Source: Candidatus Bruticola papionis
Lineage (GTDB): Bacteria; Vulcanimicrobiota; Xenobia; Xenobiales; Xenobiaceae
Direction of reading: 5' to 3'
DNA length: 64,000 bases
Assembly (NCBI GenBank): GCA_002407045.1
Contig: DHKB01000011.1
Location: 6,906-70,905, forward strand
Below the pieces are notes generated by a model. The model was not told where the DNA came from. It saw only the letters and a program-made list of their open reading frames with translations, and searched no databases. Of the stretch, positions 38,957-48,901 are shown in pieces. A program made the position numbers and the translations under genes. How positions within the stretch are numbered: the first letter of the stretch is position 1; each line of letters opens with the position of its first letter.

Positions 38957-40924
38957 TTAAGCCTCCACCCGCGTAGTAGGATCAGATGCACTACCATTAG
39001 CATACTTGCTTAAAGTTTGTCCAGCGAAACTATTAAGCACCAAATTTACAGTATGCATATATTCATCTTGCGGGTTGATAGTAGCAACCTTACCAAGACG
39101 TAAATCTATTTGAATAGGGCGTTGCATAGCTTCTGTCAAAACATTTTCAATGTTCGTACGCTCTTTGGAAGCAGCTTCGTAGTCGTCCTGACGATCGCTT
39201 TCAAATTTTATAACGATCACACCTTGGCGAGCCGAAAGGCACTTAGTGCCGCGAACCAAAGCAAAAATAGACGGTTTCTTATCTTCCAAGTAAGCCAGCA
39301 ATTTTTGCCAGAACTTGCCAGCACTGCCTTGTTTATTTTTAGTTTCGTTTTGGGAAGGCAAAGCCGAAGTTTTGGTAACAGCGGCACTTTTAGACTCAAC
39401 TTCAACTTTAGTAGCCGATGGCGAAGCTGAGACTTTTGTCGTCGTCCCCCAGCCCAAATCGTCAATTTGCCCTTCTCCAGAGGCTGCTCCAGAGGAAGTA
39501 GTTGCCACATTTGGAGCCAATGGCTGAGTATTCTTGACTACTTTTCCTACATTCGGCTTAACGAAACCGGAATCAGCCACTGCAACTGGCACAGAATTTA
39601 CTACCGATATCGAAGAATGCTCAAGACTGCTTGCCTGAACCTCAACAGCTGAAGCTTTGGCCACAGCATTGCCATTTGCAGATTTTGCCTGAGCAATAGA
39701 CGGCTGAACCGAATAGCTGCTTGTAAGCATTTTTAAAGCTGAAACTTCAGCTTCCAAAGCTTCAATTCTGGCTAAAAGGCTGCTTTCATCAGTTCCCGCT
39801 AACGGTGCAGTCAGTTGAATAAGCACTGTTTCCCAAACCAAACGCGCATTTTGGCTGCCAGAAAGGCGACGTTGCAATTCGCTTATACTGCCAATCCAAT
39901 TTAAAATCGTCCCCAACTTTACCAATTGGCTGCGCTTAACCAACTCTTGAAAATAATTGTCAGTTACTCCTAAAGCTTCTTGATCGGCAGCTTTCACACA
40001 AACTAGCATCATCTGGCGCAAATACTCTAAAAGCTCGGCAGCCAATTTGTTTAAGTTGCGTCCTTTGTTGATCAATTCATTCAAAAGGTTCAACACTTGC
40101 CCCGCATCTTGAGCGATAAAGCCAGACACAAGATTTTGAATAGCTTCAGCTCCAGCTAAGCCCAAAAGACCGCGCACATCTTCTCCGCTAATTTGCTGGT
40201 TATCACCTTGCTGGCAGCAGAAAAACATAGCTTGCTCCAGAGTTACCAAAGCGTCGCGCATGGAGCCTTCAGAGGATCTAGCTATAAGTTCGGCGGCTAA
40301 ATCATCAATTTGCACATTTTCTTTGGCGGCAATGTTTTTTATATGATCGACAGTTTGCTGCAAAGTAAAGCGCTGGAAGTTGTAACGCTGACAACGAGAA
40401 ATAATAGTAGCCGGAATTTTTTCCGGATCGGTAGTCGCTAAAATAAAAACGACATGCTTGGGAGGCTCTTCCAGCGTTTTCAAAAGTGCGTTAAAAGAAG
40501 AGTCGGATAATTTATGGACTTCGTCAATAATATAAACTTTATAGCGCACCTGAGCCGGAGCGAATTGCACCTTATCGACAATAAATTCTCGGATTTTGTC
40601 TACCTGAGTATTGGAAGCAGCGTCAATTTCCAATACATCTAAACATGAGCCTTCAGCAATAGAGCGACACGCCGAACACTGGCAACAAGGTTCAGCCGTC
40701 GGCCCCGAATGTGGATTATCGGCAGTACCCTCACAATTTAAGGCTTTAGCTAAAATTCTGGCCGTACTAGTTTTACCAGTACCACGTGGACCACAAAAAA
40801 GATAAACATTGGCCATACGACCGGAAGCCAAACTATTTTTTAAAGTTCTGACTACAACTTCTTGACCGATTAAATCTTCAAATTTTTGGGAGCGATATTT
40901 TTGAAAAAGCGAGACACTGGCCAT
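38957..40924 (-). CDS. dnaX: DNA polymerase III subunit gamma/tau
   Basis: Walker A GPRGTGKTS, a zinc module CCQCSACRS, and DEVH. Confidence 0.93.
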   Translation of the reverse strand: MASVSLFQKYRSQKFEDLIGQEVVVRTLKNSLASGRMANVYLFCGPRGTGKTSTARILAKALNCEGTADNPHSGPTAEPCCQCSACRSIAEGSCLDVLEIDAASNTQVDKIREFIVDKVQFAPAQVRYKVYIIDEVHKLSDSSFNALLKTLEEPPKHVVFILATTDPEKIPATIISRCQRYNFQRFTLQQTVDHIKNIAAKENVQIDDLAAELIARSSEGSMRDALVTLEQAMFFCCQQGDNQQISGEDVRGLLGLAGAEAIQNLVSGFIAQDAGQVLNLLNELINKGRNLNKLAAELLEYLRQMMLVCVKAADQEALGVTDNYFQELVKRSQLVKLGTILNWIGSISELQRRLSGSQNARLVWETVLIQLTAPLAGTDESSLLARIEALEAEVSALKMLTSSYSVQPSIAQAKSANGNAVAKASAVEVQASSLEHSSISVVNSVPVAVADSGFVKPNVGKVVKNTQPLAPNVATTSSGAASGEGQIDDLGWGTTTKVSASPSATKVEVESKSAAVTKTSALPSQNETKNKQGSAGKFWQKLLAYLEDKKPSIFALVRGTKCLSARQGVIVIKFESDRQDDYEAASKERTNIENVLTEAMQRPIQIDLRLGKVATINPQDEYMHTVNLVLNSFAGQTLSKYANGSASDPTTRVEA

Positions 40925-40949
40925 GTTAATTAAAAAGAACTCCTAGAAT

Positions 40950-41318
40950 TTAGCTGCGGCTTTCAGTTTTTGCTGAAAAGAATTGAGCAAAATCGGGAAC
41001 TAGACGCACATGAAACTCCATATTTTTAATTGATTGACTTTGCTTAATAGGTTCCACTTGCTCTTCAGGCGGCGGTAAGGGGCAGTTTTTGCCTCCAGAG
41101 ATAGGGCCACTATTTAAATCTTGATAAAAAACCCAAGCGGCAATAAGCACAATTACGAACATTAGGGGCAACAAAAAGCCAAAAACAAAACAGCCCAAAG
41201 CGGAAAAAAGAATCTTTAAGCCTACATTTCCAGGAATAGCATAAAACTCTTTAATGCGTTCATATACTTTTAAAGCACTATTGCCAATTTTCTCCCACAT
41301 AAACGCCCAAGCCTCCAC
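40950..41318 (-). CDS. Small membrane protein
   Basis: Two hydrophobic segments (FGFLLPLMFVIVLIAAWVF); no family recognised. Confidence 0.5.
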   Translation of the reverse strand: MEAWAFMWEKIGNSALKVYERIKEFYAIPGNVGLKILFSALGCFVFGFLLPLMFVIVLIAAWVFYQDLNSGPISGGKNCPLPPPEEQVEPIKQSQSIKNMEFHVRLVPDFAQFFSAKTESRS

Positions 41319-41521
41319 TTTTCTCTTATGGCCTCGAGCTCTTTTAATTTAAGAGCAAACTTGGTTTACCTTCCGCTATAGCCTAAGCTTAGCTACCAAA
41401 GCAAACTTGGCTAAACATAGCCTAAGCCCGTAAAAAATGTTAAAATCGAGGTCGGCCGAAAATTTTGGCCCTATTCTAATGGACGCGATTTCTGAGATCC
41501 GCCCTATAAGGAATTTCAACT

Positions 41522-43234
41522 ATGAGTAACGATACTAATACAGAGCGCGTGGAATCTACTTCTCCTCACGCTACCAATTTTATCCGCAACATCATCGACG
41601 AGGATTTGGCTAGCGGCAAGCATACTACCGTAGTCACCCGTTTTCCGCCCGAGCCCAACGGTTATTTACACGTCGGCCACGCTAAAGCTATTTGCTTAGA
41701 CTTTGGCTTAGCTCGCGACTACCATGGTACTTGCCATTTACGCATGGACGACACCAACCCAGGCAAAGAAGAGACCGAGTACATCAACGCCATTAAAGAA
41801 GACGTAAAGTGGCTCGGCTTCGAGTGGGGCGACAAAGTTTACAACGCTTCCGATTATTTTGATCAGCTTTACGAATATGCCGAGCGCCTGATTATGAAGG
41901 GCAAAGCTTACGTAGATGATTCCAGTGCCGAAGAGATTCGCCTGAGCCGCGGTACCCTTACCGAGCCCGGCAAAAATAGTCCTTGCCGCGATCGCTCCGT
42001 AGAAGAGAACTTAGATCTTTTCCGTCGCATGAAAGCTGGAGAGTTCCCCGATGGTGCCAAAGTTTTGCGCGCCAAAATTGACATGGCTCATCCCAATATT
42101 GTCATGCGCGATCCTACTCTGTATCGTATTCGTCATCAGTCCCATCCTCACACTGGTGACAAGTGGTGCATCTATCCTATGTACGACTTCACTCATTGCC
42201 TCTCCGACTCTATTGAAGGTATCACCCACTCTCTGTGCACTTTAGAGTTTGAGAACAACCGTCCCCTTTATGACTGGGTCTTGGAAAATGTAGGTGTAGA
42301 GTGCCGTCCTCGTCAAATTGAGTTTTCCCGCCTCAACTTAGAATCAGTAATCGTCAGTAAACGTAAGCTCCTCCAGTTGGTCAAAGAGCATCGCGTCAAC
42401 GGTTGGGACGATCCTCGTATGCCAACTATCGCCGGTATGCGCCGTCGCGGCTATACTCCTGAATCTATCCGTTTATTCTGCGATCGTATCGGTATTAGCA
42501 AAGCCGAAACTTGGACTAGTTATTCAGTTTTTGAGCAAGCTGTTCGTGATGACCTCAACCCCAAAGTGCCGCGCATTATGGGCGTACTCCGTCCTTTAAA
42601 ACTTGTCATTGACAACTATCCCGAAGGCCAAGTAGAAGAGTTTGAAGCTCCTTACTTCCCCGACGATCCGCCTAAGATGGGCCATCGCAATCTCAAATTC
42701 ACCAAAGAGATCTTCATCGAGCGCGACGACTTTATGGAAGAGCCCGTGCCTAAGTTCTTCCGTTTAGCTCCCGGTCGCGAAGTGCGTTTGCGCCGCGCCT
42801 ATATCATTAAGTGTGAGTCTGTAGTTAAAGACGAAAATGGCAACATCACTGAAGTCCATTGCACTTATGATCCCGAGTCCAAAGGCGGTAATGCTGCTGA
42901 CGGCCGCAAGATTAAAGGTACTTTACATTGGGTATCCGCTACCGAGTCTATTCCTTGCGAAGTTAGACTTTATGATCGCCTCTTTGCTGTCGATCACCCG
43001 GCTACTCGCGAAGACGTCAACTTTATTGATGAACTTAACCCCAACTCTTTGGAAATCATTACCGATGCTAGAGTAGAGAGCAGCGTAGCCGAAACTCCGG
43101 CCGGCAAGTGGTTCCAATTTGAGCGTACCGGTTATTTCTATACCGATAAAGATACCACTAAGGATCACTTGGTCTTTAACCGCGTAGTCACCTTAAAAGA
43201 TACTTGGGCTAAGATTATGCAAGGCAAAAAGTAG
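41522..43234 (+). CDS. glnS: Glutamine--tRNA ligase
   Basis: Class I motifs [14 protein letters not shown] (HIGH-type) and VSKRKL (KMSKS-type), with a GlnRS-length C-terminal beta-barrel region. Confidence 0.93.
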   Translation: MSNDTNTERVESTSPHATNFIRNIIDEDLASGKHTTVVTRFPPEPNGYLHVGHAKAICLDFGLARDYHGTCHLRMDDTNPGKEETEYINAIKEDVKWLGFEWGDKVYNASDYFDQLYEYAERLIMKGKAYVDDSSAEEIRLSRGTLTEPGKNSPCRDRSVEENLDLFRRMKAGEFPDGAKVLRAKIDMAHPNIVMRDPTLYRIRHQSHPHTGDKWCIYPMYDFTHCLSDSIEGITHSLCTLEFENNRPLYDWVLENVGVECRPRQIEFSRLNLESVIVSKRKLLQLVKEHRVNGWDDPRMPTIAGMRRRGYTPESIRLFCDRIGISKAETWTSYSVFEQAVRDDLNPKVPRIMGVLRPLKLVIDNYPEGQVEEFEAPYFPDDPPKMGHRNLKFTKEIFIERDDFMEEPVPKFFRLAPGREVRLRRAYIIKCESVVKDENGNITEVHCTYDPESKGGNAADGRKIKGTLHWVSATESIPCEVRLYDRLFAVDHPATREDVNFIDELNPNSLEIITDARVESSVAETPAGKWFQFERTGYFYTDKDTTKDHLVFNRVVTLKDTWAKIMQGKK

Positions 43235-43360
43235 GCTTTTAAGTTACAAACGCTAACATGCAAAAAGACCGCCTTCTCTTTGGAGAGGCGGTCTTTTCTA
43301 TTACTATTTGCTTAGATGCAAACAAGCTATACTAGCTCAGTTATTCCTATAACAAAGCCA

Positions 43361-44164
43361 TTACATAGTGTCGCCAGCTAAAGCATGGTGGCAAGAACAA
43401 TCTTGGCTTAAATCGATTTTTTCGATAATTTTATAAATGAGCGCTTTTACTTTTTGGTTATTTTCGGCAAAAACTCGGCTCACTTCATCACCAGTTACAG
43501 CTTCGGCTATACCTTCAATACCAGCATCGTAGTCGGTAATTAAAGAGACGTTAACGTAGCAAATTTCCATTTCGCGAGCCAAATAGCACTCAGGATAGCC
43601 GGTCATGTTAACGACATGCCAGCCCATTTTTCTAAACCATTCGCTTTCGGCTCTAGTCGAAAAACGCGGTCCTTGTATTACAACCATGGTACCTTTAGGA
43701 TGAACTTCAATGCCAAGTTCTTTAGCACATTCTACAACTAAAGGACGCAAACTAGGGCAATAAGGCTCGGCTCCAGTTAAATGGCGCACTTCCGGCCCTT
43801 CGAAGAACGTGTCTTGACGTCCCCAAGTTCTATCCACAAATTGATCGCAAACAACAAAACTTCCAGGCTTAATATCAGCTTGCAAACTACCTGCAGCACA
43901 AGGGCCAATAATAGCTTTTACACCCAGTTGCTTCATAGCCCAAAGGTTAGCCCTATAGGGAATATGCGTAGGCGACAAACGATGATCGGCGCCATGACGA
44001 GGCAAAAAGGCTACGCGCTTGCCGTGAATATTGATTAAAGAAATTTTGTCGCTAGTAGGGCCATAGGGCGTGTTAAGCGCAATCATTTCCGCATTAGAAT
44101 CTAAACTATAAAAACCGGAACCGCCAAAAACGCCAATATCTGCTTTAGCATTGCAAGTAAACAT
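43361..44164 (-). CDS. mtnP: S-methyl-5'-thioadenosine phosphorylase
   Basis: PNP family 2 pattern IGVFGGSGFY...FLPRHGADH... Confidence 0.85.
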   Translation of the reverse strand: MFTCNAKADIGVFGGSGFYSLDSNAEMIALNTPYGPTSDKISLINIHGKRVAFLPRHGADHRLSPTHIPYRANLWAMKQLGVKAIIGPCAAGSLQADIKPGSFVVCDQFVDRTWGRQDTFFEGPEVRHLTGAEPYCPSLRPLVVECAKELGIEVHPKGTMVVIQGPRFSTRAESEWFRKMGWHVVNMTGYPECYLAREMEICYVNVSLITDYDAGIEGIAEAVTGDEVSRVFAENNQKVKALIYKIIEKIDLSQDCSCHHALAGDTM

Positions 44165-44257
44165 AAAATAAAACCTTTCTCAGCCGAGCGAACTAATCTG
44201 TCGCCAAGCTACTTTCGGCGCTATTCTAGCCAAAATAAAGTCGGCCTTTTTTAAGGC

Positions 44258-45199
44258 TTAAATGTTTTCTAAACACTCCTTTATTTTAAGGCCTATAGCT
44301 TGGGCGACTGGTGGTGGAAATGCATTACCTATCATGCGGCAAGCGGCCGTTTTTTTATGGCCGAAAGTCCAGGTATCGGGAAAACCTTGCAGCCGAGCCA
44401 TCATGCGACTAGTTAAGCGCGGCATACCCTCAAAATCGGGTTCAGGCGCATTGTTAGCTATACCCAATCCATCCACTCCCAATTCTGCCCAAGCTTTGCG
44501 GGAACGTACTGGCCCCAGATCCGGTCCTCCATGTTTTTTTGATCCACCAACTAAAGTTGGAGCCACTTTATCAGCCTTTTTTGCCCAAGCTTTGGCTCCA
44601 TTCCAGCCACGCTCAGCCATTAAATCTACTAAACAATTGCCTACAGTTTGCGCTTGACTTCTGTCGCCATTAGGATAAGAAAAACATCCTTGCTCACCTT
44701 CAGCTATACCTACAATAACTACCCTGGGCCTAAGTTGCGGGACTCCAAAATCAGAAGCATTTAATAATTTTATTTGTACATCGTAACCTAAATTTTCAAT
44801 AGAATCCAAAATATAATGGCGATATTCAGTAAAGCCACTTTCCAAAAAGCCTTTAACATTTTCCAGCATAACAGCCCTAGGCTTCATTTCCCTAATTAAA
44901 CGAATAGCCTCAGGAAAAAGGTCGCGCTCGTCATTTTGTCCCAATTGCTTGCCAGCTACGGAAAATGGTGGACAAGGTACTCCACCAGCCAAAAGATCCA
45001 CCCCTTGAAAACCGCAACCACTGAAATGGCGAACATCTTCACATATTACATTCCATTCCGGACGGTTTTTCTTTAAAACTTGGCAATATTCACTTTCATA
45101 TTCCACTAAAGCAATGTGAAAAAAACCTGCCAAAGCCAATCCCAAGGCCTGTCCGCCAGCTCCGGCGCAAATTTCTACACAAGTTAAAGGCTTTAGCAA
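44258..45199 (-). CDS. dcm: DNA (cytosine-5)-methyltransferase with no adjacent restriction gene
   Basis: C5-MTase motifs are in order: I EICAGAGG, IV GGVPCPPFS, VI MLENVKGF, VIII QLRPRVV, X GNAFPPPV. TTG start. Confidence 0.88.
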   Translation of the reverse strand: MLKPLTCVEICAGAGGQALGLALAGFFHIALVEYESEYCQVLKKNRPEWNVICEDVRHFSGCGFQGVDLLAGGVPCPPFSVAGKQLGQNDERDLFPEAIRLIREMKPRAVMLENVKGFLESGFTEYRHYILDSIENLGYDVQIKLLNASDFGVPQLRPRVVIVGIAEGEQGCFSYPNGDRSQAQTVGNCLVDLMAERGWNGAKAWAKKADKVAPTLVGGSKKHGGPDLGPVRSRKAWAELGVDGLGIANNAPEPDFEGMPRLTSRMMARLQGFPDTWTFGHKKTAACRMIGNAFPPPVAQAIGLKIKECLENI

Positions 45200-45275
45200 T
45201 TTAGTTAGTTCTCTTTCAAAGATTGTTTAATACCGCTACATGATACTAAAAATATGCTCTATGTCAAAAAAAATA

Positions 45276-45309
45276 TAAAAAAAAGACCCTAACCACTAGA
45301 GTTAAGATC
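45276..45309 (-). terminator. Terminator of the tRNA cluster
   Basis: On the minus strand, GATCTTAAC/GTTAGGGTC hairpin (two G-U pairs) followed by a T8 run. Confidence 0.65.
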
Positions 45310-45317
45310 CTATCCTA

Positions 45318-45394
45318 TGGTGGACGAGAACGGACTCGAACCGCCGACCCCCTGCTTGTAAGGCAGGTGCTCTAACCAACTGAGCTACTCGTCC
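45318..45394 (-). tRNA. tRNA-Val (anticodon TAC), CCA encoded
   Basis: Hand-folded cloverleaf: acceptor GGACGAG/CTCGTCC, D arm GCTC/GAGC, anticodon arm CCTGC-CTTACAA-GCAGG, T loop TTCGAGT. Length 77 nt. Confidence 0.9.
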
Positions 45395-45487
45395 AAAAAA
45401 AAGAGAAGCTTCTCAGTAAACGCTGTTTAACTAAATCAGCCTCTCATTCTATTTAACCGCCTTCCCTATGAAGGACAGTGTTTTAAG

Positions 45488-45564
45488 TGGTAGCCCGGAC
45501 GGGAATCGAACCCGTGATCTCCGGCTTGAAAGGCCAGCGTCCTAAACCGCTAGACCACCGGGCC
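45488..45564 (-). tRNA. tRNA-Glu (anticodon TTC), CCA encoded
   Basis: Hand-folded: acceptor GGCCCGG/CCGGGCT (G1-U72), anticodon arm CTGGC-CTTTCAA-GCCGG, T arm ACGGG-TTCGATT-CCCGT. Length 77 nt. Confidence 0.88.
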
Positions 45565-45596
45565 ATGTACACTTTTTCTGAACACCGAGGGGGTCT

Positions 45597-45672
45597 TGGT
45601 GGGCCCACCTGGATTCGAACCAGGGACCAATTAGTTATGAGCCAACTGCTCTAACCGCTGAGCTATGGGCCC
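45597..45672 (-). tRNA. tRNA with CAT anticodon (elongator Met or lysidine-modified Ile2), CCA encoded
   Basis: Hand-folded: acceptor GGGCCCA/TGGGCCC, anticodon loop CTCATAA, T arm CCTGG-TTCGAAT-CCAGG. It lacks initiator features (no C1-A72, no triple G-C in the anticodon stem). Confidence 0.85.
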
Positions 45673-45823
45673 GAACTCCTCTGGCTCCGCTAATATACCA
45701 CCCCGGCCCAAATAATGCAATACCCTTTTAGAAAAAAGCTTAACTTTTTTTCACGATATTTACGCTAAGCCTAATTTTCCTACACAGCGTTGTTGTTCTT
45801 ACCGTATCTAGCTTTTAACCAGC

Positions 45824-47119
45824 CTAAAAATTAATATAAAGCTGAGCGCTTTGTAGTGCCGACAAATGGTTTTCTAAGCCGAAATAAGTTTCACAAGCGC
45901 GGGAAATTTGTTTAAGCTTATAGCAACGCTTCTGAGCTACAAAAACATAAAAGCGCCATAAACTGCGATGCTTGTCACGTAACACGTTAACTTCCGGCAA
46001 GTGCAAAGAAGCTAGTGAGCGCGGCTCTTCTGGCCCTATCTTTACCAAAACTTCAGCTTCTTTTAATTGCATATTAGCTGAAGGGCAGTAGACAATAAGT
46101 TCTCCGGGCTCAAGTCCAAGCTCAGTAGTAAGTTTTTCTTCAGCTTCTTTGCGCAATTCAGCTTTGTTATGAAAGCGATCTACCAGCTGAGCTTCTTTTT
46201 CATAGCCAATGCGCCTAGTTAAAACGTAAGCGCGTTTATAAATCTTGCGCGAACTGAAAGCTTTTAATACTCTGGCTACTAAAGGATCATCGCCAAAGTG
46301 CCACTCAATATAAGCTAAAAGACGCTCATCACCCAAAGGTAAAATGTCTTTAAGCTTTAAGCCAAGCTCTAGAGCGCGTTCTACAATTCTGGAAATCATA
46401 GCCCCAGAAGCAGTCTTGGTATGATGAAAGAAAACGCGTTCAGTCAAAAAGTAGCGTAAACGCAATAAGTTAATAACTTCGGAAACTAGATCTTCTCTAA
46501 CTACGCCATTTTTCTGGCAGTCTAGATATAAATGGCTGCCATCGGTACGTAAGCTGCGTATAATGCGTTTGTCATATTTTTGCGAAAGGCCGCAAAAGAA
46601 AGCGTCGCGAGCCAAATAATCTAAAAGATCGGCACAAAACATGCCGCTAATAAGTTCACTTTGCCAAGCTTTATCAGCTTGGCCGCAGAGAATATTTTTT
46701 ACAGGCTCAGCTATATTCAGCTTATGCAATACTTTACCTAATTCGGTGCGCTTATTAAAAAATAGCTCAAAACGCTCCGGTGAATCGTGGCGACTGAAAA
46801 TACGCCGCTCGTCTTCTACAGTATGGCCAAAGGGAATATGGCCTATATCATGCAAAAGAGCAGCCGCACCCACAGCCAGCTTTTCGGAACCGCTTATCTT
46901 GGTACCAAACTCTTCCAAAATTTTTAAAAGAGTAAGGGCAAGATGACAAGTACCTAAGCTATGCTCAAAGCGAGTGTGAACTGCTCCAGGATAAACAAGA
47001 GAAGCTGTACCTAATTGCTTTATGCCTCGAAGCCTTTGCATTTGGGCTGTATCTATAAGCTCAATTAGCTCATCAGGCAGAAAAATATCTTCGTGTACAG
47101 GATCTCTAAATATTTTCAA
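45824..47119 (-). CDS. SAMHD1-like HD-domain dNTP triphosphohydrolase
   Basis: KIFRDPVHEDIFL...IDTAQMQRLRGIKQLG...HTRFEHSLGT...LLHDIGHIPFGH closely mirrors the SAMHD1/EF1143-type dNTPase N-terminus and HD motif. The TTG start lies 3 nt after the stop of the upstream acidic gene. Confidence 0.8.
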   Translation of the reverse strand: MKIFRDPVHEDIFLPDELIELIDTAQMQRLRGIKQLGTASLVYPGAVHTRFEHSLGTCHLALTLLKILEEFGTKISGSEKLAVGAAALLHDIGHIPFGHTVEDERRIFSRHDSPERFELFFNKRTELGKVLHKLNIAEPVKNILCGQADKAWQSELISGMFCADLLDYLARDAFFCGLSQKYDKRIIRSLRTDGSHLYLDCQKNGVVREDLVSEVINLLRLRYFLTERVFFHHTKTASGAMISRIVERALELGLKLKDILPLGDERLLAYIEWHFGDDPLVARVLKAFSSRKIYKRAYVLTRRIGYEKEAQLVDRFHNKAELRKEAEEKLTTELGLEPGELIVYCPSANMQLKEAEVLVKIGPEEPRSLASLHLPEVNVLRDKHRSLWRFYVFVAQKRCYKLKQISRACETYFGLENHLSALQSAQLYINF

Positions 47120-47122
47120 AGC

Positions 47123-47602
47123 TTATTCTTCGTCTTCTCCGTCATCTTCTTCGCTGAGTTCACCAGAATAGACGGACACTTCACGGATCATGCAATCTAA
47201 CTGGGCCGCACTAAGCTGGCTGACTGGACAAGCAGCTTGTAAGATAACATATTCACAACCGTCGCCCTTGCTAATCATTAAGCGGCTATAAATAAGATTC
47301 TGGTCGCAGAAGCGCAATAATTCAGCAGGATCCAAATCTTCAGTGTATTCGCCAATTTCGGCTTCCACTACTACAGCTTCAGCTTCATGGTACATAGCGT
47401 CGTCGATATCGACCATGAAAACGTCTACTTCAGGCTGATCATCCTGATAAACGCGGAAAACATTTTCTTCCGGAATCCATTCGGCTTCCATGTGCTCATC
47501 ATGATACTTAGCGTAGACAATGAGCTCATCCATTAAATTATTAAGATATTCTGGGGCCTCTAAAGACTCTTCTTCAGGATTTACAGCTTCAGGATCGGTC
47601 AT
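47123..47602 (-). CDS. Highly acidic 159-aa protein (YbjN/secretion-chaperone-like or DNA-mimic-like; function unknown)
   Basis: ATG at 47600-47602 with an AGGAG RBS. By my count it has about 45 Asp/Glu against 6 Lys/Arg and ends in EEDDGEDEE. It appears translationally coupled to the HD gene. Confidence 0.7.
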   Translation of the reverse strand: MTDPEAVNPEEESLEAPEYLNNLMDELIVYAKYHDEHMEAEWIPEENVFRVYQDDQPEVDVFMVDIDDAMYHEAEAVVVEAEIGEYTEDLDPAELLRFCDQNLIYSRLMISKGDGCEYVILQAACPVSQLSAAQLDCMIREVSVYSGELSEEDDGEDEE

Positions 47603-47719
47603 AAGAAAAAAACTCCTAAATATAGGCGGAAGTTTACCCAAAAAGGCTCCGCCTTTGACAAAATTGTGCCGTTCCTAGTTCTCTTAGGGGTGCTCTTTCA
47701 CCTTTTATAGCACGCTAAC

Positions 47720-47764
47720 AGAAAAAGGCTGCTGCCGAGAAATAAGATAACTCGGCAACAGCCT
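47720..47764 (-). terminator. Terminator of nuclease paralog 1
   Basis: AGGCTGCTGCCGAG (47726-47739) pairs with CTCGGCAACAGCCT (47751-47764) with one mismatch, followed on the minus strand by TTTTTCTGTT. Confidence 0.75.
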
Positions 47765-47821
47765 TCCATAAGCTATAAAGTTTCGATCCGCTGCGGCAGC
47801 AACAAACCGAAACTTAATTGC

Positions 47822-48901
47822 TTACTTGTCGAGACCCTGAGGGGCGAAGTCGTTTTCAGCAGTCAAACGTACCGCTTCTTTGGTAATATCGCCGATATTG
47901 CCAAAGTGTAAGTCGGTCATTTGTTCAAGCTGCTTCTGAGGAACCTGATAAACGCTGAATTTATCGGGATCGAAGCCGGAAATGCCTAAAGTGTGATCTC
48001 TTTCAATAATGTCTTTCTGAGAAAGTACAAAGGAAGCGCTCTTTAAGTTGCCGGTTTTCTCGTCAGCCCAAACTACAGTTTTGAAGAACTGCATAGGAAT
48101 CTGCACGGGCTTCTTCATGGCTCCGTTATTGGTGAACTCAGGATCGTCTTTAGAGAAGATGGGGCCGGTGATTACGGTCATCTTCTGGCTACCGCCAGTG
48201 GCGCTGTCAAGGACATGGTTTTCCAAGTTTAACCATTCTTTTTGGTTTAAACCGGCATGCTGCAAGGTAGCGTTGCAATAGCTAAAAGTATCGTTATTAG
48301 CTTGCTTGGCATCTTTACCCCAGCAAGGATCTAAGCGGCGCACCATGTGGCCCTTATCGATATCATTGTTCCTGTAAGCTTCGTTACCCAACTGACATTC
48401 GCGGGGGATACGACCATCAAGTTGCCATTTGCCACTGCGGGGCAAGTCTTGGTGAGTAGCACCATCGATATTAGAAATGGTATAGAAGCACTGTTTGCGC
48501 TCACCATTCATAACGATGGAGAAGTGAGTATAGGGTAAAACATACTCGCCAGGCTTGTCGGTACGCATAGCCACTTTGTCTTTAATGGAACTGCCCAACT
48601 CGGGAAGAGGAAGCTCTTTGCCTAAGAAAGAGCTGTCATAACCGGCGCGATTGCGATACATGTTGACGCCGTCGCCTTGGACAGTGATGGGGCCCTCAGC
48701 CTTTTGAGCTTGAGCACTGGCGTGGCTCTTGAAAAGTCTGCCGGCGCTGGCAAAGGCTTGCTCGTTAGCGAAGTCTCTGTTGTCGTCATGGACGAACACA
48801 TCCTTACTGCTTCCTTGGAAGCCTTCGGGACGGCTGACAGAATTTTCAATCATCTGAGGATTGTTAAATAACGAGCTGCTAGAGATACTGTTAATTCCCA
48901 T
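47822..48901 (-). CDS. DNA/RNA non-specific endonuclease (Endonuclease NS / Serratia NucA family), paralog 1, no signal peptide
   Basis: DKGHMVRRLDPCWG (DRGH-type catalytic His) and NATLQHAGLNQKEWLNLEN (metal-binding Asn block). I set the start at MGINSIS (ATG 48899-48901, GGAG 9 nt upstream) by homology with the other paralogs. The track ORF extends to 49018. Confidence 0.85.
   Translation of the reverse strand: MGINSISSSSLFNNPQMIENSVSRPEGFQGSSKDVFVHDDNRDFANEQAFASAGRLFKSHASAQAQKAEGPITVQGDGVNMYRNRAGYDSSFLGKELPLPELGSSIKDKVAMRTDKPGEYVLPYTHFSIVMNGERKQCFYTISNIDGATHQDLPRSGKWQLDGRIPRECQLGNEAYRNNDIDKGHMVRRLDPCWGKDAKQANNDTFSYCNATLQHAGLNQKEWLNLENHVLDSATGGSQKMTVITGPIFSKDDPEFTNNGAMKKPVQIPMQFFKTVVWADEKTGNLKSASFVLSQKDIIERDHTLGISGFDPDKFSVYQVPQKQLEQMTDLHFGNIGDITKEAVRLTAENDFAPQGLDK

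Noticed and set aside
44165-45317. Genomic island integrated at tRNA-Val carrying dcm
   Set aside because: I found no direct repeat of the tRNA 3' end, no integrase, and no obvious composition change by eye. I retained it only as a low-confidence possibility in the findings.
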